Source: a virus
Direction: 5' to 3' (one strand)
Virus record (IMG/VR): IMGVR_UViG_2524614585_000001
Span: 1-40,036 of that record
DNA: 40,036 nucleotides
Position 1 is the stretch's first letter, and each line of letters begins with the position of its first letter. The notes under the pieces were generated by a model. That model saw nothing but the letters and a program-made list of their open reading frames with translations. It searched no databases and was not told the origin of the DNA. The position numbers and the translations under genes were made by a program. Of the stretch, positions 5,608-16,234 are shown piece after piece.

Positions 5608-8600
5608 TAACCATTAATCCAGGCTCTCCCTGTTCTAATTTGCACAATGTTATTACTCGTGCCGCCAATGCGATAAAATTCGAGTTGTACCGCCAATCCC
5701 CCGTATGTTGGAGAACCTAAAGGAACGTTAATTTGAAATTCGTTTGAAGGATTATCTCGGAAAACGAGAATATCATCTTTAATCACATCTCTAATACTCG
5801 TACCAGACGGCTTATTGATGAACCGCACAACCACACCCATATACGTGGATGTTGAGGTTGAGTTAAAACGTAAGTTCGCACTGAAAGCAATAGATAAGTA
5901 CCGTCCAGCATGTTGTGTATAACCCATTTCAAATGTTTGTGTTCCAGCCATTGATGTGTTGTAGTTCCTCCCATCAAATGTGACTGTGCCATCGGTAGAC
6001 ATCCACGGTTTGAAGAACACGGGTATACCGAAGCTAGGTACACCATTCTGTACATACGGTACACCGTCCGGGCGCCATATCGTCAATTCGTGCAAGTCAA
6101 GCGTAACGGTGCTTAGTGTTGTTATGAATGCACTCTTAGCCATCATCCGCTCAAACATCGCTGTGGACGAGAATACTCTATCGAGCAACGCTGTGCCGGA
6201 TTTAATCCAATCAGCTTCTATTGTATTCACAGTGAGTAATCTCGAACGAATGTGCGAAGCGTTTAAGTCTACGACATTTAACGTTAATGCGTGCATTTCG
6301 TTGACGAAGTGCGTTTTAGTAATGAGTTCATCTATCCTCGCCGAAGTGGCAAACAACTTATCCACCAATGCCGTACCCACTTGAATATGGTCGGAAGTGA
6401 TAACGTTTGCTGTTAGTTGGTTTGCGAATAACCTTGCGAAGTTACCTTCGATAGCATCGACGGCTAATGATGTGATTTGACCTTTCGCATTCAAGTTGCC
6501 AGTTAAGTTGAAATTACTAACTACAGCATCCAGTGCATCAGGGCTACCTCGGAGTACACTACTTACATCTTCCGCGCCTATTCTCATAGCGCCCAATTGC
6601 CAATAGTCAGGAGTCAGTTTGAAGTCTGTTTGTTTGAGTGTTTTATCATCAACTTCTTGTACTTTGAATGAAATTTGATTTGCTAATTGCTCAACTTGGC
6701 TGACTGCATTGAGCATTGGTGTAGCTTCGCTCCCTCGTTCTAACTTGGCATATATACGACGGTTCGGATTAGTTAAACGAGCAAGACGAACTTCTGTGCC
6801 GTTGTAACTAATCGCACTTAATAATATGTGAGTGCTTGGCGTTGTGAAAGTATTAGTTTCTCCACGTCTTACAGTGATCTGATTACCATATGATGGCTCT
6901 CCTGTTGAATCTGTAAAGTTAATCAACCAGTAATCAATGTTACTATTATCTGGACTATCATCACTGAATGTGTAGGTGACACCACTTGACACCCATATCG
7001 CATTCTCACGTCTTATTCTGATATTACCGGGCAATATATTTCCATTACCTGTACTCCAATACCTCCCCACTTCCCAAGCTTCTTCGGCAATAGGTAGAAG
7101 GTTCGCCTCTATTTCAGACACGTCGTTTAACCATAGCTTACGCTCGTACGCATCTACGGTCTCAAGCACACTCTGCCCATTTGTTGCTTGCCAATCTTCC
7201 ACACGTTGTAAAATAAGTTCGTTGCCTTCGACTGTTTGTTCCACTGATTTTATATATTGATTCAACGTATCAGTTTCTGCATCATACAGGGACTTTGTGA
7301 CGAACTCGCTATAACCATCTTCCAGATTAGTAATCCGCCGAGTGACTTCTTCAATCGACTGCGTCGCATCTTGAGGATGATAGACCCAATCGGTATTGTT
7401 GCTGCCCGTTAAATAAACTAATTTAATATCAATACGTTCTCTCGTAACATCACCGGAAGCGAAGTTTGTACCGATTTGAAACTGACCTGAAACTGTTTCA
7501 CTCGGAATGACAGTTCCATAAGTCCGCCTCCATTTTCCATCGGTGTGTAAATCCGAGAGTGGTTTATCTATATCATCAATGAGATTGTAATAGCCGTCCA
7601 TATCTCCGATGGCCAGCCTATCCAACTCTTTAGCGCCATATGAACGATAATCTACAGCAACAATATATTTTTTCCCTTTTTCTAACGTCACGCCTTCCGT
7701 GAAATGCACACGCGGTTCATTAAATCTTTCGGAATATAGAGTAACAAATTTTATATTTCCTTCTTCCTGAAGTTCCGCGCCTGAATACAGATGAAACATA
7801 TCAGGTTCATCAAAGCGAGTCCCTCGGATCATATTGAAAGTGTTGGAATCGACCTTCCGAAGGCGCTCTTCAAAATTCTGTGATATATCTAAGAATCTTT
7901 GGTCTAATGTGATACTCCGAGATGTGCCGAGAAATTCATCAATATCCATTACGTTTTCTTTCAAGCCGTCAATCAACGTTTGGTGTCCGCTTGTGACCGT
8001 TTCTAAGTCTGTCCGTACTTCGTCCGCTTTTTCCTGCGCTTTCTGTTCTGCGTATTCTTTCGTCTGCGTGATTTCTGTATTTAGGTTATCCGTAAATTCT
8101 GTGCGAGTGCCTTCGATGAGATTTGTCATATTCTCACGGTCAGCTTCGATTTCTGCTTGTTGGTCGATTAAATTCTGCTCGAATTGATTCATTGCAGCAG
8201 TAAACTGGTTGTCTATCCAAGCGTTCCACTCATTTTTAATACGAGTGATTCTGTCGCTAGTGTCTCTTCCTAACCGCTTAATTTGAGCATTGATACGTTT
8301 CATCTGTCGATTCTCAAAGTGATGGAAGTCACCTAACGTGAGTTTGCTAAGCTCCGGATCAAGTAGATTATATTCAATCTTCTCAACACGAGCGCGCTTA
8401 ATAATGCCCGCGGCTTTATACAGAACACCGACTGTATCGCCAAGTTTAAGATTACCAATCCGTGCCACTTCTGTTTTCCACGTGGCTTTAGGCAGACAGT
8501 TTTCAAGTAGCCAGTAGTACGTTGCATCAGCTAATTTCTTTTTATCTTCAATATCCTCAAATACAACTTCCGGTGCAATTCGGGGTTTCACGACACCGTT

Positions 8601-9410
8601 TTCAATAAAGCCGTATTCTGCAGTTGCGGAAGGCAATTCAATATAATTTTGCCCAACTGGTTTAGTAATACCGTCCTTACTCCAAGCGATGTCTCCGAAC
8701 TCTAAACGTGGACCAAAGCCATCACCAGATTCTTCACCGCGTCCACGACCCACCGCAGCAGTATAGACTTCGGATTCATCTTGTTCTTGCGTAAGAGTCA
8801 GCACATTCGTACCATAAGCAAAACGCTGACCGGTCCATAGTCCGATTCGATTTTTCATGATGATGTTCTTACTAATGATTTTACGACCGTCAAACTGCAA
8901 CTCATAGTCAAATTCAACACCATATGTGGAAATTAAATCGTTCCAAGCATCCGTGACACTCGCACGATAAAAGTTAATGTCGTGTCTGTCAGTCACATCG
9001 TAATCAATGATAGTCCAACCTATTGAGTTAAACGCAACATCAGCAGGAGCTTTTGCTTCGCTATCCCTAAAACGTCTGTCATGAATATTCCCCATCGCTT
9101 TTGCTTCATCGAAGAAGATATGCACACCGTCGAATAGTAGAAACTCGCCTTGCTTATTTGCAGTAATGTTGCGTGAGTATATTTTATACAGTTGGAATCT
9201 GTTCTTATCATCGTAGTGTCCGGCAAATTCTGCTTTACCGACGGATTTCTGATAGTTGTATTGCGTACCTTTCTTATCTTCATAAAAAATAGGCACTTCA
9301 ACGGCGAGTTGGTAAATGCCGTTGCGTACCTTGGTTTGTGTTGCGCTATTTATATGCTTTCTTGGGATAATCTTTTGTAGTTTCTTCGTTCTGTCGAATA
9401 AATAAATCAT
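5607..9410 (-). CDS. Tail-associated protein Tal / minor structural protein with prophage-tail endopeptidase-type N-terminus and long receptor-binding C-terminus
   Basis: 1267 aa directly after Dit; N-terminus MIYLFDR... typical of the family; central coiled coil. Confidence 0.75.
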   Translation of the reverse strand: MIYLFDRTKKLQKIIPRKHINSATQTKVRNGIYQLAVEVPIFYEDKKGTQYNYQKSVGKAEFAGHYDDKNRFQLYKIYSRNITANKQGEFLLFDGVHIFFDEAKAMGNIHDRRFRDSEAKAPADVAFNSIGWTIIDYDVTDRHDINFYRASVTDAWNDLISTYGVEFDYELQFDGRKIISKNIIMKNRIGLWTGQRFAYGTNVLTLTQEQDESEVYTAAVGRGRGEESGDGFGPRLEFGDIAWSKDGITKPVGQNYIELPSATAEYGFIENGVVKPRIAPEVVFEDIEDKKKLADATYYWLLENCLPKATWKTEVARIGNLKLGDTVGVLYKAAGIIKRARVEKIEYNLLDPELSKLTLGDFHHFENRQMKRINAQIKRLGRDTSDRITRIKNEWNAWIDNQFTAAMNQFEQNLIDQQAEIEADRENMTNLIEGTRTEFTDNLNTEITQTKEYAEQKAQEKADEVRTDLETVTSGHQTLIDGLKENVMDIDEFLGTSRSITLDQRFLDISQNFEERLRKVDSNTFNMIRGTRFDEPDMFHLYSGAELQEEGNIKFVTLYSERFNEPRVHFTEGVTLEKGKKYIVAVDYRSYGAKELDRLAIGDMDGYYNLIDDIDKPLSDLHTDGKWRRTYGTVIPSETVSGQFQIGTNFASGDVTRERIDIKLVYLTGSNNTDWVYHPQDATQSIEEVTRRITNLEDGYSEFVTKSLYDAETDTLNQYIKSVEQTVEGNELILQRVEDWQATNGQSVLETVDAYERKLWLNDVSEIEANLLPIAEEAWEVGRYWSTGNGNILPGNIRIRRENAIWVSSGVTYTFSDDSPDNSNIDYWLINFTDSTGEPSYGNQITVRRGETNTFTTPSTHILLSAISYNGTEVRLARLTNPNRRIYAKLERGSEATPMLNAVSQVEQLANQISFKVQEVDDKTLKQTDFKLTPDYWQLGAMRIGAEDVSSVLRGSPDALDAVVSNFNLTGNLNAKGQITSLAVDAIEGNFARLFANQLTANVITSDHIQVGTALVDKLFATSARIDELITKTHFVNEMHALTLNVVDLNASHIRSRLLTVNTIEADWIKSGTALLDRVFSSTAMFERMMAKSAFITTLSTVTLDLHELTIWRPDGVPYVQNGVPSFGIPVFFKPWMSTDGTVTFDGRNYNTSMAGTQTFEMGYTQHAGRYLSIAFSANLRFNSTSTSTYMGVVVRFINKPSGTSIRDVIKDDILVFRDNPSNEFQINVPLGSPTYGGLAVQLEFYRIGGTSNNIVQIRTGRAWING

Positions 9411-10210
9411 AGGCTGACACCTCTGTAACGTATCGTGATGCTTTGCGGAGTGGGAGTGACGACGATTTGGTCGCCGTTTTTAATTGTGAATTCTTCAAAG
9501 TCAGAATCCAGTTTTAAACCATCCATCGCATCAACTTCATTTGCGCTTCGTGTTAGATATAATTCTTCTAAATCCATTTGATAACGATCGGAAATTAACT
9601 CATGTTCATAGTTTATATTCATTCCTGTGGATGTGTTGCGCATCGACCAGGTTTTTATCCCTGTTTCAAATTGCAATTCAATCACGGGATGTACAGGCTC
9701 TACAGAATCAATTACTAAGCGTTGTGCATTCACATAATCAATGCGTTTCTCAATTTTGTACTTCATCGGATCATGCCATAAGAAGTTTAATGTGACCTCT
9801 TGCTTCAAGCCCTCCTGTGGTACGTCCGCGCCCTCGAATTCAGCATAATACGCTAAGTCCGGCTCATCTTTGAAAGCAATAGCGTTCGCACTTCTTAACC
9901 GACGGTTTAAATCGCTCATAAACGCTTGAATTAGCCCCATTTCATCAGCTTCGATAAATAACACTACCTGAATATTTTTCGCCTTCATACGCTTACCTAG
10001 CACCATTTGACCACTGTATTTAGCAGGTGTCGTCGTTTGAATATCATATTCATTTGTTTGTCGTCCATAGACATTAATTGTTTCTACTCGCAAATCGTTA
10101 TTTGAGTAATAACTGTCGATATTCCGACCATCTACAAGCAATGAAAAAGGCGAACTGATTATCAGCTCACCCGTCTTCTGCCCTGGACTTTCATATTCAA
10201 CTTCAAACAT
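9407..10210 (-). CDS. Distal tail protein (Dit, siphovirus tail component)
   Basis: Position between TMP and Tal; size; ATGA overlap with Tal. Confidence 0.7.
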   Translation of the reverse strand: MFEVEYESPGQKTGELIISSPFSLLVDGRNIDSYYSNNDLRVETINVYGRQTNEYDIQTTTPAKYSGQMVLGKRMKAKNIQVVLFIEADEMGLIQAFMSDLNRRLRSANAIAFKDEPDLAYYAEFEGADVPQEGLKQEVTLNFLWHDPMKYKIEKRIDYVNAQRLVIDSVEPVHPVIELQFETGIKTWSMRNTSTGMNINYEHELISDRYQMDLEELYLTRSANEVDAMDGLKLDSDFEEFTIKNGDQIVVTPTPQSITIRYRGVSL

Positions 10211-13200
10211 TAATACGCACCTCCTAAATACGATTCTTCTAAGTTTGTAACTCTTGTGTTCTCGTGATTAATATCTTCAGCAAAAGCCCTGTATGAGCGG
10301 TTGCCGAGATTTAAGTTGATGTTGGCATTCTGATTAATTTCAATACCGCGATCTATATCATCTTGCACGCTATGTCTGATATTTCTATCAATCGAGCCAA
10401 TCTGACTATCTATATCAGCAGTAGTCGTTAAGTCAGGTGCAAACGAATTTGTCATATCTCTAGCGACATCCGTCACTGCACCGACTGCTCTACTAGCCAT
10501 GCGGTTAATACCGATTTCCAGTCCTTGCATAGTGTACTCACCGAATGAACGGAATACTCGTGATGGAGAGTTGATTCCGAGTAAGTTTTTAGCACCTGCA
10601 ATGGCATCTCCCACGACAGATTTAGCAGCATCTACCGCAGCGCCTGCCATATTTTTGATACCGTTTATCAACCCTCGAATTAAATCAGCACCTGCACTCA
10701 CCATATCACCGACAAATCCAGTTACAGAAGATACTATTTGGCTCCCCATAGATACCACAGCACTTACTGCATTTGCACCACCGGAAACGATAGCGGAAAC
10801 GAATTGCGACATTCCTGAAGTGATGTTCGACACAATTTGTGACACGAAGCTCACTATGCTACTTATCGCAGAGGAAATGAATGATGCAAAAGTCGATAGT
10901 GCACTTGATGTGCCAGATGCTATGCTACTTACGAAACTACTCATACCAGAAGCGATATTGCTAATTAAACTCGATACAAAACTTACTATCGAACTAATTG
11001 CTGATGATACAAATGATGAAATCGCTGATAACGCACTTACTGTACCGGAAATAATTGAGCTAACAAAGCTCGCCATCGCACTAATAATCGTCGAAACAAT
11101 ACTTGCTCCGAAAGAAACAATTGAACTGATCCCTGATGCAATAAAACTAACTATCGCATTTAACGCACTTGCTGTACCACTAATTATTGATGATACAAAA
11201 GATGCCATTGTTGAAATGATACTGCTGATAATGCTTGCTCCAAATGCAACAATGTTCGCTATAGTTGAAACTATCCATGTAACGAAGTTATTCTTAGCTT
11301 CAATAAGTTTCATTGCTATTGTTAAAGCGAATTGAGTTAAAGAAGATGTTACTGTTGAAGCTAACTGTATGCCCCAAGTAACAATCGCAGCGATAACACT
11401 AGCTACCCATTGAATAATAGAATTGTACGTTTGGGCGAGACCTTCAGAAATTATTGTGACAATCGTATTCCACAACGCTTCAAAAATCCCTTGCCCCTGC
11501 TCTCTGAATTGATTGAACGTTTCAATAATCAGGGCAACACGTTCTTGTATAAATGTCGAGATAAACGTCCAGGCCGTGTTTACAATGTTTCGGAACCATT
11601 CAAGTTCCTGATAAGCCATAACAAATATCGCAACAAGCGCTGTAATCGCAGCAATAACAATGCTGACAGGACCACCTAAGAATGATAATGCAGCGCCCAA
11701 CAAGGAAATAGCACCTTTAACCAGTGCAGATTGAGTGAACAATCTAATCAGCATACCGATGAATGGTAGCAAGACTTTGGTTACGACTAATATTGTTGGC
11801 ACGAGCATCATAAATATACCTGCCAATGTCGTAATAACCCCAATAACTTGCGCTACTATTGGATTCGTTTTAAACAGCTCCGCCGTCCAGGCAATAATCG
11901 CATTAACAACCTCGAGGACAACTTGTGCGATTGGAGCCATAGCAACTGCAAAGTTCACTACCATCATCACGATGTTACCGATTAAGCTGACGACTGTTGG
12001 TCCATTCGTTTGAATGTAATCAATGAATTTCTGAAATCCGTCGGATTCTTTAATAGAGGCGGACCATTCTCTAAATCTCTCCATCATATCCTGTAAACCA
12101 TCTAATACAAGGGAAGTATTTTCTCCGAATGATGAGAACAGGTTAATAATTCCGTGGAAAGCATCACCAAAAATAGAACTGATCTTCGGCATATTCTCAT
12201 TCACATAATCCGTAAATGCTTTAAAACCGTCATTTTCTGCCATACGAGCTGACCAGTCTGCAAACTTAGTGCCCATATCCTCGAATGCACCGGCGACATT
12301 TTCAATCAATGGCATGCCGGCGTTGACCATATCGACTAAACCTTTACCAAACTGTCCCAATCCGTTAATGACACTATCGAATACCGTTGAGCCTTTCGTA
12401 CTCATGTTGTCGTAGAAACGCAGCATTGTTGGCGATTCTTTCATGAACTCTTTAAATTTATTCGTCATACCCGTCATGGATTGAACCACATCGTTGATAA
12501 ATGGTGTTAAGCCTTCCAGTGCAAACTGCGCCCCATAGATAGCTTGTCCCATCTGCATAAATATCCTGTCGATGTTTTGGTCTACAATACCACTCCATGC
12601 CGATTTAATGCTGTCTAAGGCTCGTGTGAAAGCACTGGATGACTCTGTTGCTTCAAAGGCTTCATCGTTGTAGCGAGACAGTACAGAAGCAACTAAGCCG
12701 CCATATGCAGCTGCGCCTAAACCTGCCACACCTAATGCACCCACAAATCCAAGTAAGTTACCGACCGTCACACCTAAAGCATTACCGAGTGCCATAATTG
12801 CTGAAGTTAAGCTTGCGATAATCGGAATTAGAGCACTAAATGATGCAAGTAATCCTCCACGTATGACATTACCCAGTACAATCCCGACTGCAGAAATCAT
12901 CTTTGCAAGTCGCATGAGCTCGTTTTGGAAATTGTCGTTCATTCGATCAACATCATCGACGAATCTTCTTAGGTTATTCCGAGCTCTATCTACTCTGACA
13001 ACTACGTTTTTTACTATGTCTCTTGCCGAAAAACGTCGAGCGAGTGCTTCCGCTTGTAGTAGTCCCCGGCGGAACTTACTAATATCAGCATCAACTTCAG
13101 TTTCGATTTCGTTAGGTAATGCCGTAGCCATCGCTTGCGCTTTCTTAACATTACGCTCAAAATTGCGGATATTCGCTTGAATTTCTGCGATAAATCGACT

Positions 13201-13212
13201 GATGTTATCCAT
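10210..13212 (-). CDS. Tape measure protein (1000 aa)
   Basis: Position after G/GT; multiple TM-like hydrophobic blocks; LLGINSPSRVF motif. Confidence 0.9.
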   Translation of the reverse strand: MDNISRFIAEIQANIRNFERNVKKAQAMATALPNEIETEVDADISKFRRGLLQAEALARRFSARDIVKNVVVRVDRARNNLRRFVDDVDRMNDNFQNELMRLAKMISAVGIVLGNVIRGGLLASFSALIPIIASLTSAIMALGNALGVTVGNLLGFVGALGVAGLGAAAYGGLVASVLSRYNDEAFEATESSSAFTRALDSIKSAWSGIVDQNIDRIFMQMGQAIYGAQFALEGLTPFINDVVQSMTGMTNKFKEFMKESPTMLRFYDNMSTKGSTVFDSVINGLGQFGKGLVDMVNAGMPLIENVAGAFEDMGTKFADWSARMAENDGFKAFTDYVNENMPKISSIFGDAFHGIINLFSSFGENTSLVLDGLQDMMERFREWSASIKESDGFQKFIDYIQTNGPTVVSLIGNIVMMVVNFAVAMAPIAQVVLEVVNAIIAWTAELFKTNPIVAQVIGVITTLAGIFMMLVPTILVVTKVLLPFIGMLIRLFTQSALVKGAISLLGAALSFLGGPVSIVIAAITALVAIFVMAYQELEWFRNIVNTAWTFISTFIQERVALIIETFNQFREQGQGIFEALWNTIVTIISEGLAQTYNSIIQWVASVIAAIVTWGIQLASTVTSSLTQFALTIAMKLIEAKNNFVTWIVSTIANIVAFGASIISSIISTMASFVSSIISGTASALNAIVSFIASGISSIVSFGASIVSTIISAMASFVSSIISGTVSALSAISSFVSSAISSIVSFVSSLISNIASGMSSFVSSIASGTSSALSTFASFISSAISSIVSFVSQIVSNITSGMSQFVSAIVSGGANAVSAVVSMGSQIVSSVTGFVGDMVSAGADLIRGLINGIKNMAGAAVDAAKSVVGDAIAGAKNLLGINSPSRVFRSFGEYTMQGLEIGINRMASRAVGAVTDVARDMTNSFAPDLTTTADIDSQIGSIDRNIRHSVQDDIDRGIEINQNANINLNLGNRSYRAFAEDINHENTRVTNLEESYLGGAY
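10732..11259 (-). repeat. Four degenerate tandem repeats of about 132 bp (44 aa) inside the tape measure gene
   Basis: Protein repeats SSIVSF..S.IS.I.S.M.SFVSSI.SGT.SAL.. at about aa 652-827; coordinates computed from the aa index. Confidence 0.8.
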
Positions 13213-13235
13213 CGCTCCACTCCTTTCTTACTTAT

Positions 13236-14080
13236 CTATTTTGAATTTTTATTATCTAACCAGCGTTGCAATGCTCGTTGTCTGACAATGCGTTTTGCAC
13301 GTTCATGTTTGCGCTTTTGTTCTTTATCAAATTCATAAGATGATTTTGTTTGATTAATTAGCGCACGTTCTTCATCAAGCTTTTTACTGATGGCCTTAAC
13401 GTTTTTACCATTATTTAATTGAGCGAACATAATGGATTGTGTACGCATATCTTCCAGGCCGTCTAATCGGCGGTGCCTGGCACCCTTAATCATTTGCTCC
13501 CATTCGTGCGGAGTCAGTAATTCTAACTCTTGAACAGAAATATAGCCGATTAACTGGATTGTCTTTTCAATCACATAATCAAAATCTAAGCCTTGACTTC
13601 GTACGGCGGATTGCCTGTGATTTCCTCGTACAGTTCCTTGAACATTTCGATTGAATCCTTCTGTTTGTCTTTCTCCTCGCCTTTCAGCTTCGAATAAGAA
13701 CGATGCATCATGAACCATAGTGTCTGTAGCTTTCCCTTGTAGTACCCGCCCTCATTGAGTAAGCGTAAAGCTCCAACAAAATAAGGATGTAAGTCTGATT
13801 CATCCGCAATATCTTCAATCGCTTCAGCAATATCTTCTAAAGATGGCGCTTCTTTTTTATAATGTGATGTCCCACAATGCCAGAACTTAACAAGCGCATC
13901 AGGGTCTTGCTGCATAAGCCCCATAAAGATAGATGTCACTCCGTCACCTTTTTGTTCTTTACCTGTTTCTTCATTCAATTCATTTTTAGCGTACTTTTCA
14001 GCCGTTTTACCAAATAAATAAGTGCCTTTTGCTTTATATACATTTTCATTAATTCTTAATTCCTTAATCGCTTCAGTCAT
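13236..14080 (-). CDS. Tail assembly chaperone GT (-1 frameshift fusion)
   Basis: The -1 frame is open from the slippery site at 13730..13736 down to the stop at 13236. Confidence 0.7.
13586..14080 (-). CDS. Tail assembly chaperone G
   Basis: Position between the major tail protein and TMP; contains the slippery site. Confidence 0.8.
   Translation of the reverse strand: MTEAIKELRINENVYKAKGTYLFGKTAEKYAKNELNEETGKEQKGDGVTSIFMGLMQQDPDALVKFWHCGTSHYKKEAPSLEDIAEAIEDIADESDLHPYFVGALRLLNEGGYYKGKLQTLWFMMHRSYSKLKGEEKDKQKDSIEMFKELYEEITGNPPYEVKA
13730..13736 (-). other. Programmed -1 ribosomal frameshift heptamer G GGA AAG
   Basis: Minus strand GGGAAAG in X XXY YYZ phase of the G frame; same heptamer as lambda G/GT. 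Confidence 0.7.
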
Positions 14081-14113
14081 AAAAATCTTCCTTCCAATTC
14101 AAAATAGATAAAT

Positions 14114-14138
14114 AAAAAAGAGTGGCAAAAGCCACCCT
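14114..14138 (-). terminator. Terminator/attenuator after the major tail protein gene
   Basis: AGGGTGGC-tttt-GCCACTCT plus TTTTTTATTT on the minus strand. Confidence 0.7.
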
Positions 14139-14142
14139 GTTA

Positions 14143-14682
14143 TTAAACTTCTTGTGTCGTTGCATCTTCCAAATCGCCTGTTGCAGCTCCGATTTCTTCG
14201 TATGCTACTTGTCCTGCGAGTGATGGATCTAAAATTTCATCTGGTAGTTTCGGCTCTTCACCATCAGCCGAGTTAAGTTTCACTTTAAGCGATACTTCAA
14301 TTGTGTCGGATTCATCATCAACAGATAATGAGCGTGACTCAGGGATTACATAAGCGAAAGTTGAGTTATGTTTTGCAGTTTCTCCTGTACCAACTAAAGT
14401 GTTATCGATAATCCAAAAACGCATCTGTCTACCGTATTTACATGCGTCTTTAAAATCTCTATCTGCCGTAAATGTTGGATCATAGGGGAACGTCACCGAA
14501 ATCGTTTCTTCAACTATGCCCCCACTCCAATCTTTACGATTACCTTTGATTGATTCTCTTAATTCGTTCTCAATTTCATGTGAAAATTCACTCGTGCCAG
14601 TCATGACATAATTTTCAGCTGTTGCTTGTGCTGTGGGAACGCTTGTCGGAATACCTAGTAAAGTCCATTTATCTACTGCCAT
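14143..14682 (-). CDS. Major tail protein
   Basis: Position, size (179 aa), followed by a strong hairpin and G/GT. Confidence 0.7.
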   Translation of the reverse strand: MAVDKWTLLGIPTSVPTAQATAENYVMTGTSEFSHEIENELRESIKGNRKDWSGGIVEETISVTFPYDPTFTADRDFKDACKYGRQMRFWIIDNTLVGTGETAKHNSTFAYVIPESRSLSVDDESDTIEVSLKVKLNSADGEEPKLPDEILDPSLAGQVAYEEIGAATGDLEDATTQEV

Positions 14683-14687
14683 TTACT

Positions 14688-15152
14688 TCATCTCCTTGTT
14701 AAATGTTTAACGACATACCGCAATTGCAATATGCCGTGTGATGTTTCTAAATCTATATCTGGAATCGTTTGTTTATTAATCAGTCTGATTCTTTCAACTT
14801 CGTAATATTGCATGACCGGATTAGCCGTCGCATAGTGTTCTAAATCGGTCAGTAAGACACGGGTCATGTCTGCCGTTGTATACCTACCGGAGCGATAATA
14901 CAGATGCAGTGTGAGTGAGATTTCTTCCGTGTGTGAAGCACTGGAATACGCTCTCGATATACTGGATTCTCCGACAATAATATATGTGAACGGTGTAATC
15001 TTGTTCATGTTTTCGTCATAGCCGATACCGTCTTGCTGTCTGTCGTAAATGTTCCCATTCACTTTTTCCATCATTGGAGATTGCAGTAGGTTATTCATGA
15101 CAGAACGCACTAAATCTTGTTCAGCTGATTTATATCGTTGCACCTGCATCAC
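14688..15152 (-). CDS. Tail completion / tail terminator protein
   Basis: Gene order only. Confidence 0.5.
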   Translation of the reverse strand: MMQVQRYKSAEQDLVRSVMNNLLQSPMMEKVNGNIYDRQQDGIGYDENMNKITPFTYIIVGESSISRAYSSASHTEEISLTLHLYYRSGRYTTADMTRVLLTDLEHYATANPVMQYYEVERIRLINKQTIPDIDLETSHGILQLRYVVKHLTRR

Positions 15153-15547
15153 CCCCTAAAGTAGTTTTTAAAGTATTGTTCAGTAATATCCATTGTCGGT
15201 CTCCAAAACGGCTGAGCGACCATGCCATAAGTTGTGAAGAATTGACCGTCTTTGTAGTATGTCCATGGTATTTTCTTAGCTCGTGAACCTCCTGGGCCAG
15301 TCGCATGGATTCCTGTGCCATATTCAAGGTAAATCGCAATGGGAGACCCCACTAATACAGTACCGTTAAAGCCTCTGTATGTTGATTCGATGGAATCACG
15401 AGTATCACCCGTATCCACCGCTATACGCCGCCTAGATTCGTTATATGCGATTTCTGTAGTCGTTTCGATACCACGCTCTGCCCAATCCTTTACATCGTTT
15501 GACCACTCTTCTAAATCAACAACGATTCTATTTGTTCGAGCCACCAC
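15149..15547 (-). CDS. HK97 gp10-like head-tail joining protein
   Basis: Gene order and size; ATGA overlap. Confidence 0.55.
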   Translation of the reverse strand: MVARTNRIVVDLEEWSNDVKDWAERGIETTTEIAYNESRRRIAVDTGDTRDSIESTYRGFNGTVLVGSPIAIYLEYGTGIHATGPGGSRAKKIPWTYYKDGQFFTTYGMVAQPFWRPTMDITEQYFKNYFRG

Positions 15548-15548
15548 A

Positions 15549-15884
15549 TCACGCCCTTTCGACCGGAGCGCTTAACACTTCATTCTGTCCGCCCTGGTCC
15601 TGCAAGTCACCTTTGAACTTATACTTCACATCACCATAAAAAAACACATCAGACCGAGTAATATCCGTACCAAACGGAATATAAAGCACTCGATCTAATG
15701 TGATATTTAAGTTGTGGTAATTAATCTGCTGTGAAGATGTCGGTGTATCCATGAAACCTTGAATCGTGTGTTCAGATTCTTTTATAGTCTCTTTCCACGG
15801 GTAAACTGTCTTATCAACGACTGTTTCAGAACGGACGACTCTTAAAGTGTGAGGATATTCATCATATCTATTATTTGAATACAT
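15549..15884 (-). CDS. Head closure / head-tail adaptor
   Basis: Gene order and size. Confidence 0.5.
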   Translation of the reverse strand: MYSNNRYDEYPHTLRVVRSETVVDKTVYPWKETIKESEHTIQGFMDTPTSSQQINYHNLNITLDRVLYIPFGTDITRSDVFFYGDVKYKFKGDLQDQGGQNEVLSAPVERA

Positions 15885-16230
15885 GAAACTTCGCCCTCTT
15901 TCGCACCATAAACCTATCGAGTAGGCTCATTAAGTGTTTCGGGTAGGTTGTTTCATGTTCAGCGTATGTGTAGCTGACAGACCCCATAGAACGTGATTTT
16001 AAGTTACCTTTCACATCCGCCCGTTGATTATGTTCAATCGCGCCGGCTATAAACTTAGCGATGGCAAAAGGATAGTCAGTGAACCCCTCAAAATCATTAT
16101 TTGTCTGATACTTCACATCTTCGAGTAAATCGAGGACATCTTTTTCAAACAAATCTGTTTTCGCTTCATCAATGACAATGCCGTTTGCTTCCAGTAGTTC
16201 ACGTACTTCTGCTATGAGAGTTTGTGACAT
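15871..16230 (-). CDS. Head-tail connector (gp6-like)
   Basis: Gene order and size. Confidence 0.5.
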   Translation of the reverse strand: MSQTLIAEVRELLEANGIVIDEAKTDLFEKDVLDLLEDVKYQTNNDFEGFTDYPFAIAKFIAGAIEHNQRADVKGNLKSRSMGSVSYTYAEHETTYPKHLMSLLDRFMVRKRAKFHVFK

Positions 16231-16234
16231 TTAA

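Noticed and set aside
10499-11335. 278-aa plus-strand ORF antisense to the tape measure gene
   Set aside because: It lies exactly over the low-complexity tandem repeats. It has no RBS, its composition mirrors the repeats, and long antisense frames are expected there.
13236-13718. 160-aa ORF (MVHD...) as an independent gene
   Set aside because: It has no RBS and its frame continues open upstream to the GGGAAAG slippery site. It is better explained as the T part of the GT frameshift fusion.
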